64,000 nucleotides of DNA from Aulosira sp. ZfuVER01 (GCA_034530615.2 JAVRCV020000034.1:92344-156343), one strand, 5' to 3'. Shown: positions 42,292 to 52,944, numbered from the stretch's first letter. Made by a program: numbers and translations. Notes: a model not told the origin generated them from the sequence alone.

Positions 42292-42862
42292 TGAGCTACA
42301 TAGATGAGTTTGCTAAATCCTTTAAAAGCAGGAGTGAATTACCTTGCACAAGCGCAACCTATGTTAGTGCTATTTATAGCTAATGGCATAATCCATCCGC
42401 AATCGGATGTCAACAATAATTGGGTCAGTATTCAGATAAATATTGGTGATATAACCATGCTCTGCTATGTAATTACAAGTTCTTAGCTAATTTCTGCTTA
42501 AAAATAAAGTTACTCTGAAAGAGATTGTGAATATTACTGAATCAATCATCGTTATACGCTTATTTTTCCTATATCCGATACTTTTTAAATGTCGCCAGAG
42601 ATACAATAGATATTAATAATTTTGTTAATCATTTTATGCTGCGATTCAGTCTCTGCAAAGGATTTTGCTATAGCTGTTCGTTCTTGCTCTTTTGATTAGC
42701 AACTAAGATAAAAAAACTACTCCTCTAGATTTTAAAAAACCTAATGATGTGTTTCTTTAGAGTAGTTAACTTAATGTCTTTAATTGTTAGGTTAATAGCT
42801 GGTAATGATTAACATTCATCTGAATGTTTGCTAATTCTTTTTAATCTAAGGAGACCATTGAT

Positions 42863-43906
42863 ATGGTTGAAAGCAGCCAGGCTTGGAACAATCAAAGTGG
42901 AAATACTGACCGCACAACAACAGGTCAATCTTATCCAGGTTCAACTAATATGAACCAAGATGCTGGAGTATCTGGCACTGGATATAGTGGTACAGCAACA
43001 GGTCAATCTTATCCAGGTTCAACTACTAATATGAACAGAGTGGATGGAGTATCTGGAACTGGATATAGTGGTACAGCAACGGGTCAATCTTATCCAGGTT
43101 CAACTAACATCAACAGAGGTGCTGAAGTACCTAGAGATGTCAATGCTCCTACAAATATGCCTCAACCTGATACTCGTTCAGAAAATAGAGGCATGAATCC
43201 TATGTTAACTAGAGCGCTCATAGGAGGACTCATTGGTGCTACAGTAGGTGCTCTAGCGGGTAGAAGAATTGGTCTAGGCTTGAATATTGCTGCCAAAGGT
43301 ATAGCAGAGGCATCCAAGACTATTGGTGAAGGTCTTGGTCAAACAGCCAAAGGTTTAGGAGAAGCAGCAAAGAGTGTTGCTGAAGGGGCTTCTCAAGCTA
43401 TTGTAGGTGGAACCTTGGATACAGCAGAAGGTGTCGCTGAGGGAGTCAAGCAAACCGCAGCAGGTGCATTGGACGCAGTACAAAATACAGCTCAAGGCGT
43501 TAGTCAAGTTGTACAAGCTGGCGCGAACATCGCCAAAGATGCAGCACAGAACGTCACTGATGTAGCTAGGCAAACTACAGTAGGTACACTAGACGCAGTA
43601 CAAAGTACAGCTCAGAGTGTTAACCAAGCTGTGCAAGGTACAGCAGAATCAGCCAAGGATAGAGTTAACGATTTCCAACCATCTGGGAATCAAGGCTATC
43701 AATCTCAAGGCCAGATGACAGGTAGCCAACAGAACATGAATCAGCAAATGGGCGTAGGTCAACCAGACCGTGAGTCAATGTTCTACATTTCATCTCCAGA
43801 ACAGACAGAGGGACTGATTATTACTTCAGTTACCACAGAAGATGTGGGAAACCTAACTTCTTTAGAAGACAGCTCCCTGGAAGAAGAAATTGCTCGCCTT
43901 GACTGA
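42863..43906 (+). CDS. Low-complexity repeat protein (glycine-zipper TM plus 11-mer amphipathic repeats; LEA/YtxH-like)
   Basis: AAGGAG RBS; 26/27-aa N-terminal repeats; LIGGLIGATVGALAG; 11-aa periodic A/G/V/T/Q region. Confidence 0.7.
   Translation: MVESSQAWNNQSGNTDRTTTGQSYPGSTNMNQDAGVSGTGYSGTATGQSYPGSTTNMNRVDGVSGTGYSGTATGQSYPGSTNINRGAEVPRDVNAPTNMPQPDTRSENRGMNPMLTRALIGGLIGATVGALAGRRIGLGLNIAAKGIAEASKTIGEGLGQTAKGLGEAAKSVAEGASQAIVGGTLDTAEGVAEGVKQTAAGALDAVQNTAQGVSQVVQAGANIAKDAAQNVTDVARQTTVGTLDAVQSTAQSVNQAVQGTAESAKDRVNDFQPSGNQGYQSQGQMTGSQQNMNQQMGVGQPDRESMFYISSPEQTEGLIITSVTTEDVGNLTSLEDSSLEEEIARLD
42920..43129 (+). repeat. In-frame tandem repeat, 78/81-bp units, about 2.6 copies
   Basis: ACAGGTCAATCTTATCCAGGTTCAACT (or ACGGGT variant) at 42920, 42998, 43079. 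Confidence 0.85.
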
Positions 43907-44078
43907 ATGTTAGGAACAGATAGCTGATATTCCCAACCTAGATTTTGTTAGTGCGAACTTCAGCAAACATTGTTGAGTAATAAGTCCTGAGAGCACAAGT
44001 ATTCCTGAGTTCTCAGGGCTTAGAAATACTGAAGATAGATAAGCCTTAAGTGGTTTTGTGACAAAGGAGAAAATGACT

Positions 44079-44669
44079 ATGAATGAAAACCCCCAGCTTT
44101 TAGATAAGACTCAAGGCGAGATTAATCTGGTTACAGAAGAACCCGAAACTTATACAGATGATAGGGGCACGAATAATCTAGCTAAAGTAGCAATGGGAGC
44201 GATCGTTGGTGCTACATTGGGTGCAGTAGCTGTGGCTTTAAGTATTAAAGGTACAGCCCAAAGAATTAACCAAACTATCCAAAATTTAGGAAATGGCGTA
44301 AAAAGTGCAGCTGATGGTGTGAACCAAACTGTAAAAAATGTAGGAGATGCCATCCAGACTGTAGCTGAGGGTGTTAACGACACTGCAAAAGATGTAGGGG
44401 ATGCTGTCAAAACTTCAGCTCATGGTGTTAACGATACTGTCCAAAATACAGTAAGCGCCGTCAAGGTGTCATCAGTCAAAGTTAATAACACTGTTCAAGA
44501 TACAGTATCTACTGTTAAGGGTACAGCTGTTAGTGTTAATGATACTGTCCAAAATACAGTAGACCTAGGTAATAGGGTAGTTGAACATGAGCAGCCTAGT
44601 ACTCAAAAAACTAACGTACCTGACGATCAGACAGCCTACATCTTGGTTCCAGTAGACAAACAAAGCTGA
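44079..44669 (+). CDS. Glycine-zipper plus 11-mer repeat protein (LEA/YtxH-like), same architecture as the upstream gene
   Basis: MGAIVGATLGAVA; repeated GVNxTVxNV/VNDTVQNTV units. Confidence 0.7.
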   Translation: MNENPQLLDKTQGEINLVTEEPETYTDDRGTNNLAKVAMGAIVGATLGAVAVALSIKGTAQRINQTIQNLGNGVKSAADGVNQTVKNVGDAIQTVAEGVNDTAKDVGDAVKTSAHGVNDTVQNTVSAVKVSSVKVNNTVQDTVSTVKGTAVSVNDTVQNTVDLGNRVVEHEQPSTQKTNVPDDQTAYILVPVDKQS

Positions 44670-44807
44670 GTCCTTGAGCAAGAAGTCTTTTAAGCTCATG
44701 CAGACGAAAAAGTGTTAATCTGTCTCCTCTACTTCCCTGCTACCGTTTTATGATGTGGCAATGACCGTGCAGTACTTGAAGGTTGTTGTCACTATTTATT
44801 ATTAATT

Positions 44808-45248
44808 ATGTTGACGTTTACCCAACGTAAACCGCCCGATCTTGATGCTTTAGTTAGCTTTACCCTCCCTCTAACTGCGGAAGAACGCACCCGCAGTCGT
44901 CATCGCTGGGAAACAGAAGATGGCAAAGTTGTGTTTTTGCGTTTACCCAGAGGAACGGTACTACAAGATGGTGATATTCTCCAGGATGAAACCCAACGTA
45001 ATTTAATTAGGATTACTGCTAAACCAGAACCAGTATTGACTGTCTTTGCCCAAACACCACAGTTATTACTACGGGCAGCTTATCATTTAGGCAATCGTCA
45101 TGTACCTGTAGAAATTACAATTCACTATTTACGCTTATCGACTGACTCAGTTTTACGCACAATGTTGGAACAACTGGGGCTAGAAATTAAAGAAGAAATT
45201 TTACCATTTCAGCCAGAACAGGGAGCTTATGGACATCACGCTCACTGA
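44808..45248 (+). CDS. ureE: Urease accessory protein UreE
   Basis: [35 protein letters not shown]. Confidence 0.95.
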   Translation: MLTFTQRKPPDLDALVSFTLPLTAEERTRSRHRWETEDGKVVFLRLPRGTVLQDGDILQDETQRNLIRITAKPEPVLTVFAQTPQLLLRAAYHLGNRHVPVEITIHYLRLSTDSVLRTMLEQLGLEIKEEILPFQPEQGAYGHHAH

Positions 45249-45915
45249 TAGCTGTTTTTTATCGATTTTGCAGTTGACTAGCCCAGCTTTACCTGTGGGA
45301 GCATATAGTTATTCTGAAGGTTTAGAAACTTTGGTTGAACAAGGTGTTATTGCAAATCAGCAAAATCTCCAAGAATGGTTAAATTCTCAACTGCGTTATG
45401 GGGCAATTCGAGTAGAAGCGGCGGTGATGCTACGTGCTTACAAATCTGTGAAAATTGGTGATTTAGAGGCTTTAATTCATTGGAATAGATGGTTATCTGC
45501 TGCGAGAGAAACAGAAGAGTTACGTAACTCTAGCTGGCAGATGGGGCGATCGCTTATCCAGTTACTTGGTAAACTACAACCACAGATCCTACCAATTACC
45601 AGTAGTGTTGGTAATCCTTGCAATTATGCGATCGCTTTTGGTATTGCTGCTGCTCATTGGCAAGTTGATGTTAAAGCTGGTTTATTAGGATATCTGCATA
45701 GTTGGGCAAGTAATTTAATTACTGCTGGGGTAAAGCTCATTCCTTTAGGACAAACAGCTGGACAGCAGTTATTACTGGATTTACAAGAATTATTGAGTAC
45801 TACGGCGGTAGAAATTTTGGCTTTGGAGGATGATGAACTGAGTTGTTGTACTTGGGGTTTGTCTTTAGCTAGTATGCAACATGAAACGCTGTATACAAGG
45901 TTGTTTCGGAGTTGA
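45229..45915 (+). CDS. ureF: Urease accessory protein UreF
   Basis: [33 protein letters not shown]. Confidence 0.95.
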   Translation: MDITLTDSCFLSILQLTSPALPVGAYSYSEGLETLVEQGVIANQQNLQEWLNSQLRYGAIRVEAAVMLRAYKSVKIGDLEALIHWNRWLSAARETEELRNSSWQMGRSLIQLLGKLQPQILPITSSVGNPCNYAIAFGIAAAHWQVDVKAGLLGYLHSWASNLITAGVKLIPLGQTAGQQLLLDLQELLSTTAVEILALEDDELSCCTWGLSLASMQHETLYTRLFRS

Positions 45916-45981
45916 CGAACCACAGAGGCGCAGAGGACACGGAGAAAGAATCAACGACAAATGACAAATGACCAAGGACAA

Positions 45982-46581
45982 ATGACAAACAACACATTTC
46001 GAGTAGGGGTTGCTGGCCCGGTGGGTTCGGGGAAGACTGCATTAGTAGATGCTTTGTGTAAGGCTTTGCGCGAGCAGTATCAGATTGCGGTGGTGACGAA
46101 TGATATTTATACTCAGGAGGATGCACAATTTTTAGTGCGTTCTCAGGCTTTAGCAAGCGATCGCATTTTGGGTGTAGAGACTGGTGGTTGTCCCCATACG
46201 GCGATCCGCGAAGATGCTTCGATGAATTTGGCAGCAATTGAACAATTAGAACAGCGATTTTCTAACTTAGATTTAGTGTTTTTGGAAAGCGGCGGCGATA
46301 ATTTAGCAGCTACATTCAGCCCCGAATTAGTAGATTTAACAATTTATGTAATTGATGTAGCCGCAGGTGATAAAATCCCTCGCAAAGGTGGGCCAGGAAT
46401 TACTAAATCTGATTTATTAGTAATTAACAAAATCGACCTTGCGCCCTATGTCGGTGCAGATTTAAATGTGATGGAACGAGATGCAAAAAAAATGCGTGGC
46501 GATAAGCCCTTTATTTTCACTAACTTAAAAACTCAACAAGGGCTAATAGAAGTAATTCAATTTGTCCGCAAACACATTTAG
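45982..46581 (+). CDS. ureG: Urease accessory GTPase UreG
   Basis: [31 protein letters not shown]; the upstream in-frame ATG lies in an ATGACAA heptamer repeat. Confidence 0.96.
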   Translation: MTNNTFRVGVAGPVGSGKTALVDALCKALREQYQIAVVTNDIYTQEDAQFLVRSQALASDRILGVETGGCPHTAIREDASMNLAAIEQLEQRFSNLDLVFLESGGDNLAATFSPELVDLTIYVIDVAAGDKIPRKGGPGITKSDLLVINKIDLAPYVGADLNVMERDAKKMRGDKPFIFTNLKTQQGLIEVIQFVRKHI

Positions 46582-46661
46582 AACTTACTCAAGAATTTAG
46601 TTATTTTAGTAAACACAAAAATACCGGAATTTATCCCGGTATTAATAGTTTATTTAAGCGA

Positions 46662-49136
46662 TTAATGTTGAATTCTAATTGTCAGAATCACCGTAGTTGT
46701 CAGTGTCTGTGGCGGTAGCCAAGTCAAGAGCGATCGCCTGATTGTCTCAATGATTGTTTCTTCCTTAAAAGAAGACAACTGTTCATCAAGTAGCACCTGT
46801 CTTACCCGTCCTTTGTTGATTTGTAAATCAAAGACTAAATCACCATTGAAATTTGTAATAAACCGAATTGATTGCAAGTGTTGGGTCAGAAGAGAAATCA
46901 TCTGTTGATCTAATCCTGATACACTCACAATTTGGAGATGAGAGACAGGCGCAATTCCTTCTGAAAGTTTGGCTTTTAAATCTTCTAATTCTGCATCTCT
47001 GGGAGCAGAAGGAATTGCCGATCCCACATCATACTGATTAGTATTTGGCGCTCCACCTGGGAATGGACGATTAGTCTCTTTTTTAGCCCGTTTTCTTTCT
47101 ACAGTTAATGAGTCTATCTCTTCAAATGATGGTATTGCTGTCGTTGGAGCAGGAACAGACATAGGCGCTGGAGGTGGTGGAGCAGATAGTTTTGCTGTGG
47201 GGTATATCATTCCCGTGGCTGGAGCAGCAGCCATTAAAGTTGGAGCAGCACTACCAAATATTCCTTGATAGCTAATACCTTCAGGCATTTCCACAGGTAC
47301 TTGCACAGACACAGAAGTCTCAGTGGGATTGACTCGCACATCATCACTGACTGCAACGAAGGCGGTATACTGCGATAACAGTTGATAGCTAAGAGCCGTA
47401 TCTGTCACTGCTTCTACGCCTACTTTAGTTTCGCCACTCACCATCTGATTCATCAAATCCTTGATGCGGGAACGTCCCCAAAGTTGTGCTATGGCCGGAT
47501 TACCTGTTTTCTCAAAGTTTAAGTTGAAGGTTTGTTGATAGCGTGTACCACCCGCAGCAATTCCACTGATATGCAGTTTTCCAGTGCGGCTGTCAGGCTT
47601 GCGTCCAAATAGCACTAACGGCTGTTCGGCAAATAAATCTGGTGGTGTGGAAGGGTACATTTCTGGCGATCCGCCATCACCCTCCCATTGCAAGTTGATG
47701 TTTGCTAAGACAGGATTATTGATTTGGCGGAAGAATTTTTCTACAACTTCATCAACTGGTTCATCGTGGCGAATGACGCGAGCAATACCCCGTCCTAATT
47801 CCGCAACGCGGTTGAGTAAGAAACGATTCACCGAACTACCTGCACCAAAGCTGTAGAGGCGGGTTCCTGCTTGGAGATGACGTTGCACTTCTGCCAAAAT
47901 TTGGTTTTCGTTGCCGATATAGCCATCAGTGAGCAGTACAATACTCCGCAAGCGTCCGGGATCTGTTACTGGGAAGTTCAAGACAGCGCGGATACCGCGT
48001 AACATCTCCGTTCCGCCACCAGCATTTAACTGATTTACATACTGAATTGCTAGGGCGCGATTTTGCGGCGTATTGGGGAGAGGAACAGGCGAGAGTTGTT
48101 GAGTGGTATCTGAGAAATCAATAATACTAAAAGTGTCGTTGGGATTGAGTCCGCTGATAAAACGCCGCATCAATTCCTGACATTGTATCAGTGGTGTGCC
48201 ACTTTGAGAACCAGAGGTATCGATGAGGAATACCACATCTTTAGGAACTACCTGTTCTGGGCGGTACTGGAGAGCCGGAATTAGGTACAGTGCAAAGTGT
48301 CCACCGCGTTCGTCAGCTTGGTTGAGTATGGTTGCTTGAGTGGAATTGCCTGCAACTTGATAGCGTAAAATCAAGTCTTTGTTGGGAATTGTGTCTCCAC
48401 CGCCAAGTTTTACTAGCACTCGCTGTCCTTGGTAGGAAATCTGGATTTGATGAGAAGGAGAGCTAACATCTTGAATCTCAACACCTGCATCAATTTCTAC
48501 CGTCACATTGATATCATGGCGGGAGCGAGTACCCAATGGCAAAATGGGTGCATTCAAGCGCGAAGCATCTGGTACTAAATCGGTATCTTGATTAGACATC
48601 ATCGGTGCAGCAGCCGAACCACCACCTACTGTATTTTCCTCAATAGTTGTCCCTGGAATGTAACGCGGCCCTACAACCATCGGGAAGACAAACTCATAAT
48701 TCCCACCCTCAAATTTCAGGCTATCAGAGTAGCGAATAATCACATCAATTTGCTCGCCAGGTTTGATGTTAGCCAGAGATTGAGTAAAAATATTGTCCCG
48801 TTCCTGTTCCAGCAACCCCGCCGTGCGTCCTTGTTGCTTCGCTTGCTCGTAGATTTGCTGTGCTTCTTGGCGTTTTTTGATACTACCTTTAATTGTTTTG
48901 TCGCCAATGCGAATCAGCATATCATCCACAGCCGCTTCATCTGGTAATGGGAAAATGTAGACGGCTTCTAGGGTAGTGGTGAAAGGATTTTCAAAGCTTT
49001 GGGTAACTTCCACCCGTGAGATATTACCTGCAACCTTAGCTTGCACTTCCGTGTGCTTGAGAGGAAAAGCAATTTGCTGTTGGTTAGGAGTTTGAACGTA
49101 TAAGCCACCGGGTTGGCGTTCTAGAGTTTGAGTCAT
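46662..49136 (-). CDS. VIT + vWA domain protein with C-terminal after-VIT-like domain
   Basis: YIFPLPDEAAV, AGLLEQERDNIFTQ, MIDAS DTSGS, GGTE, LLTDG. Confidence 0.9.
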   Translation of the reverse strand: MTQTLERQPGGLYVQTPNQQQIAFPLKHTEVQAKVAGNISRVEVTQSFENPFTTTLEAVYIFPLPDEAAVDDMLIRIGDKTIKGSIKKRQEAQQIYEQAKQQGRTAGLLEQERDNIFTQSLANIKPGEQIDVIIRYSDSLKFEGGNYEFVFPMVVGPRYIPGTTIEENTVGGGSAAAPMMSNQDTDLVPDASRLNAPILPLGTRSRHDINVTVEIDAGVEIQDVSSPSHQIQISYQGQRVLVKLGGGDTIPNKDLILRYQVAGNSTQATILNQADERGGHFALYLIPALQYRPEQVVPKDVVFLIDTSGSQSGTPLIQCQELMRRFISGLNPNDTFSIIDFSDTTQQLSPVPLPNTPQNRALAIQYVNQLNAGGGTEMLRGIRAVLNFPVTDPGRLRSIVLLTDGYIGNENQILAEVQRHLQAGTRLYSFGAGSSVNRFLLNRVAELGRGIARVIRHDEPVDEVVEKFFRQINNPVLANINLQWEGDGGSPEMYPSTPPDLFAEQPLVLFGRKPDSRTGKLHISGIAAGGTRYQQTFNLNFEKTGNPAIAQLWGRSRIKDLMNQMVSGETKVGVEAVTDTALSYQLLSQYTAFVAVSDDVRVNPTETSVSVQVPVEMPEGISYQGIFGSAAPTLMAAAPATGMIYPTAKLSAPPPPAPMSVPAPTTAIPSFEEIDSLTVERKRAKKETNRPFPGGAPNTNQYDVGSAIPSAPRDAELEDLKAKLSEGIAPVSHLQIVSVSGLDQQMISLLTQHLQSIRFITNFNGDLVFDLQINKGRVRQVLLDEQLSSFKEETIIETIRRSLLTWLPPQTLTTTVILTIRIQH

Positions 49137-49281
49137 ATTAGTAACCTTACGCTATTGTTTGATGTCTTTAGCGTAGGTGTGTTTATCTGGTAGAAGTGCT
49201 CAGTTTTGTGCTCACTTCATGCTCAGTGATTGGTTCAGCAGGAAATATAGTTTTTTACTGGAATAAATACTCAAATATAAG

Positions 49282-49407
49282 TTACGCCTAATGTGAATTA
49301 AGTCTTGAAACCCTTGTCATTTCGTTAATAATCCTAAAACTATGATTTTGGGCTAGTTGAGAAACCCTTATGTGCTACAAGACCTTTCTCATTCACATCT
49401 GGCGTAA
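49282..49407. mobile_element. MITE-like element (126 bp)
   Basis: TTACGCCTAATGTGAAT ... ATTCACATCTGGCGTAA, inverted repeat with 15/17 match. Confidence 0.55.
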
Positions 49408-49540
49408 GTTTTAACACTGAACTACACGAAGCTGCTGATTTAGTCTTCTGCTATTATACTCAGGGTTAATGATCACAGATGAGCTTGACTTATAATTTTT
49501 AGTTAAATAGTATACAGTACAAACTATAAGCGAAAACATC

Positions 49541-51094
49541 ATGGCTAAAGTTAATCTAGATGCTCTAATTCCACGAGAAGATTTTGATGTTGAAGAAAAT
49601 ATTAATCTAGGGAAGAAAAAAGAAACAATTTCTATTGAAGACCTTAAAACAGACTCATTCTTTTTTTCAAACATCAGAAAACCTGATTTTCAAAGAGAAA
49701 CTAACGAATGGGATAAAAATAGAATTTGTGAATTTATTAAAAGTTTTATTGAAGGTGATTTAATACCAGCAATTATTTTATGGCGAAGTACAGGTGGCTA
49801 CTTATTTGTAATTGATGGTAGCCATAGATTGAGTGCTTTATCTGCTTGGGTAAACGATGATTATGGGGATAGTAAAATTTCAAAAAGCTTTTATGATGGG
49901 GTAATTCCTGACGAACAATTAGAAGTTGCTCAAGAAACACGAAAATTGGTGAACAAAACAGTTGGCTCCTATGATGATTTTAAGCTGGCTTCCACACATC
50001 CTGATAAAGTTAAACCCGAAGTTGTCAAATATTCTAAAAATCTAGCAGCCTTAGCAATTCAGCTTCAATGGGTTGAAGGTGATGCAACTAAAGCAGAAAG
50101 TTCATTCTTCAAAATTAATCAACAAGCTGCACCGATTGATAAAACTGAGCTAAAACTCCTTGAATCTAGGAAAAAGCCTAACAGTATTGCAGCGCGTGCA
50201 ATTATTAGAAGCGGCAAAGGGCATAAATATTGGTCATCTTTTTTAAGTGAAACACAATATCAAATACAAGAAATAGCTCAAGAGATTAATGAGATACTTT
50301 TTGCGCCTAAGTTAAAAACTCCTATAAAAACTCTGGACATACCAGTTGGAGGAAAACTATATTCATCACAAACATTACCACTAATTTTAGATTTTGTGAA
50401 TGTTGTTAATAATCTTGATTTTAATAATAAGGGAATTAATGATGACTTAACTGGTGAAGCGACAATACAAATTTTAAAAAACACCAGAAAAATTGTGTAT
50501 AGATTAAACAGTAATCATCCCTCATCTTTGGGTTTACATCCAGTTATCTACTTCTACTCAAAAGATGGACGGCATAGACCAGTATCCTTGTTCGCTGTAG
50601 TAGATTTTGTAATGGAACTTGATAAAAGAAAAAAGATTAATGACTTCATTAAAGTACGGGAACAGTTTGAAGAATGCCTTATAAAATATAATTACTTGAT
50701 TCAGCAGATTTATTTAAAATATAAGTCTGTGCAAAAAGGCTACAAAGATGTATCAAAAATGTTCCAGCAAATTGTAACTAGTTTACAAAACGAAAAATCA
50801 ATCGACAATGTTATAAATGAGATTATCTCTAGCAGTGATTTTCAGTATTTGACTATTCGTACAATAAATCAAGAAATTTATTCCTCTGCACAAGACTTTA
50901 ATACAAATAAAAAGAGTGAGATTTTTATAAGAGATGCATTACAAAATGCACAAAAGTGTAAAATTTGCAATGGACTTATCCACAGAAACTCAATTTCTAT
51001 CGATCATATCCAGCGTAAGGAAGATGGCGGATTGGCAAGTTTAGAGAATGGACAGCTAACTCATCTATATTGTAATACAGGATATAAAAATTAG
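49541..51094 (+). CDS. DUF262(ParB/Srx)-like + HNH protein (GmrSD-like nuclease)
   Basis: KPDFQRETNEW, VIDGSHRLSAL, FFKIN; C-terminal CKIC..IDHI..GG..NGQLTHLYCN. Confidence 0.8.
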   Translation: MAKVNLDALIPREDFDVEENINLGKKKETISIEDLKTDSFFFSNIRKPDFQRETNEWDKNRICEFIKSFIEGDLIPAIILWRSTGGYLFVIDGSHRLSALSAWVNDDYGDSKISKSFYDGVIPDEQLEVAQETRKLVNKTVGSYDDFKLASTHPDKVKPEVVKYSKNLAALAIQLQWVEGDATKAESSFFKINQQAAPIDKTELKLLESRKKPNSIAARAIIRSGKGHKYWSSFLSETQYQIQEIAQEINEILFAPKLKTPIKTLDIPVGGKLYSSQTLPLILDFVNVVNNLDFNNKGINDDLTGEATIQILKNTRKIVYRLNSNHPSSLGLHPVIYFYSKDGRHRPVSLFAVVDFVMELDKRKKINDFIKVREQFEECLIKYNYLIQQIYLKYKSVQKGYKDVSKMFQQIVTSLQNEKSIDNVINEIISSSDFQYLTIRTINQEIYSSAQDFNTNKKSEIFIRDALQNAQKCKICNGLIHRNSISIDHIQRKEDGGLASLENGQLTHLYCNTGYKN

Positions 51095-51367
51095 TTTATA
51101 GAAGACATTTATGCTACGCCAAAAGTAAAATACTCGGCTTACATAACAGATGTATGTCAAACTCGCTTAGGACATCAATAGCAGGACGAGCTATTGTAGA
51201 CAAAGCACGGTTATGTCTTGGTTGGACGAAAACCACCACGGTGCGTTGGCGGGAAGATGCTCACACCTCTAGAGCTACATTATGGTGATTGGCAAAGCGA
51301 TCGCATTCATCGTTGAGAGCAGGTGCGATCGCAGGTAAAAATAGAGAAGAAGATTTATTGCAGAGTC

Positions 51368-51757
51368 ATGAGTACTAAAATTACCATTACCTTGCCAGAC
51401 GAGATTTACCAACGTGCCGAACGCTTTGCACGGCTAGCCAATCGGGATATTGCTAGCATTTTGGCAGATACTCTTCAACTCTCGATTCCACCCGTCAGTG
51501 TAGAAGTTAACAACCTAGAACCTATCTCTGTTCTCTCTGATGAACAAGTTCTAGCATTGACTGAACTGCAAATGGAACCAGAACAAGATGCACGACTGAG
51601 TGAATTGCTCGATTGCCAACAGGCAGGTACTCTTAGTGAAGATGAGCGCCCAAAGTTACAAGCACTGATGCAGATTTATCAGGAAGGACTTTTGCGGAAA
51701 GCAACTGCACTGAGCGAAGCTGTCAAACGCGGATTGATTCAACCTTTAAGCCAGTGA
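51368..51757 (+). CDS. Ribbon-helix-helix-like protein (putative antitoxin)
   Basis: KITITLPDEIYQRAERFA N-terminus; GTGA overlap with the HNH gene. Confidence 0.65.
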   Translation: MSTKITITLPDEIYQRAERFARLANRDIASILADTLQLSIPPVSVEVNNLEPISVLSDEQVLALTELQMEPEQDARLSELLDCQQAGTLSEDERPKLQALMQIYQEGLLRKATALSEAVKRGLIQPLSQ

Positions 51758-52179
51758 GTCAAATTTCAGAAGAAATCCGGGCGCGAATACGGATACAAGC
51801 AAATAATCAGTGCGGTTACTGCCTTAGTCTCCAAAAATATGTTTTGGGAATTCTAGAAATTGAACACATCATTCCCAAAGCAGTAGGCGGGAGTGATGAT
51901 GAGGATAATCTGTGGCTTGCCTGTCGATTATGCAATTCCTACAAAGGCATCCAGACTCATGCCAGAGATCCAATAACGAACAGTAAAGTTCGGCTCTTCA
52001 ACCCTCGTCAACAAAAATGGTCAGATCATTTCGCTTGGACAAATGATGGCACTCAAATTGCCGGTCTAACTGCTTGTGGTCGCGCAACTGTCATAGCTTT
52101 GCAATTAAATAATCCTTATGCTGTCACTGTCAGACAAGCTTGGGTGTCTGCTGGCTGGCATCCACCCACTGAAGCATGA
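51754..52179 (+). CDS. HNH endonuclease
   Basis: CGYC, EIEHIIP..GG, NLWLACRLCN, LFNPR..WSDHF, GRAT. Confidence 0.9.
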   Translation: MSQISEEIRARIRIQANNQCGYCLSLQKYVLGILEIEHIIPKAVGGSDDEDNLWLACRLCNSYKGIQTHARDPITNSKVRLFNPRQQKWSDHFAWTNDGTQIAGLTACGRATVIALQLNNPYAVTVRQAWVSAGWHPPTEA

Positions 52180-52232
52180 GCAAAATTATACAATTCAAGA
52201 GATTTTATTACGCGGGAAGTGAAATAACTCTA

Positions 52233-52943
52233 CTACATCGACTCTATATCTTTATCCTCGTTTTTTAGCGCAGGTATGGTTTTAATCAAGCGTTTTTGTA
52301 AAGCCATCACTACAGCTTGAGTGCGATCGCTCACTTCTAATTTTTGTAAAATGGCATGGATATGAACTCGCACTGTTCCCGGTGCAATATATAGTTCATG
52401 GGCAATTTCTTGATTGGTTTTTCCGGCTGCTAATAGTGAGAGAATTTCTTGTTCGCGCTGAGTTAGGGGATTAGCAAGCTTTGTAATATGTTCTAACTCA
52501 GGTGGAGAAGCTTCTAAGCTAAGAGAAGAACGAATTTCTTTGGTTGCAGTTGCATCCCACCAAGAAGCACCCGCAGCTACAGAACGCAGTGCTAAAACTA
52601 ATTTTTCCGCAGCAATTCCTTTGAGACAATAGCCTTGCGCACCTGCTTCAATCAACCGCGTAATTAGCGGCTTTTGCGAATGGGAAGTCAGAACTAAAAT
52701 TGGTAACTGGGGATTTTGCTGCTTAATTTGTCTACAAGCTTCAATTCCGCCAATTCCTGGTAAACCCACATCTAACAGCACCACATCTAGAGGTGTTTGC
52801 TTAACTATCTCGATAGCTGTTTCACCATCTTCAGCCTCAGCGACAATCTCTAACCCTGGTTCTTGTTGCAATCGCACGCGCAAACCCAACCGAAAGAGTT
52901 CATCGTCCTCAACAAGGAGAATTTTGATTGGGGTAGAGGACAT
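52233..52943 (-). CDS. NarL/LuxR-family response regulator
   Basis: LLVEDD, LLDVGLP, GYCLK, LTQREQEIL..TNQEIA..TVRVH. Confidence 0.93.
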   Translation of the reverse strand: MSSTPIKILLVEDDELFRLGLRVRLQQEPGLEIVAEAEDGETAIEIVKQTPLDVVLLDVGLPGIGGIEACRQIKQQNPQLPILVLTSHSQKPLITRLIEAGAQGYCLKGIAAEKLVLALRSVAAGASWWDATATKEIRSSLSLEASPPELEHITKLANPLTQREQEILSLLAAGKTNQEIAHELYIAPGTVRVHIHAILQKLEVSDRTQAVVMALQKRLIKTIPALKNEDKDIESM

Positions 52944-52944
52944 T

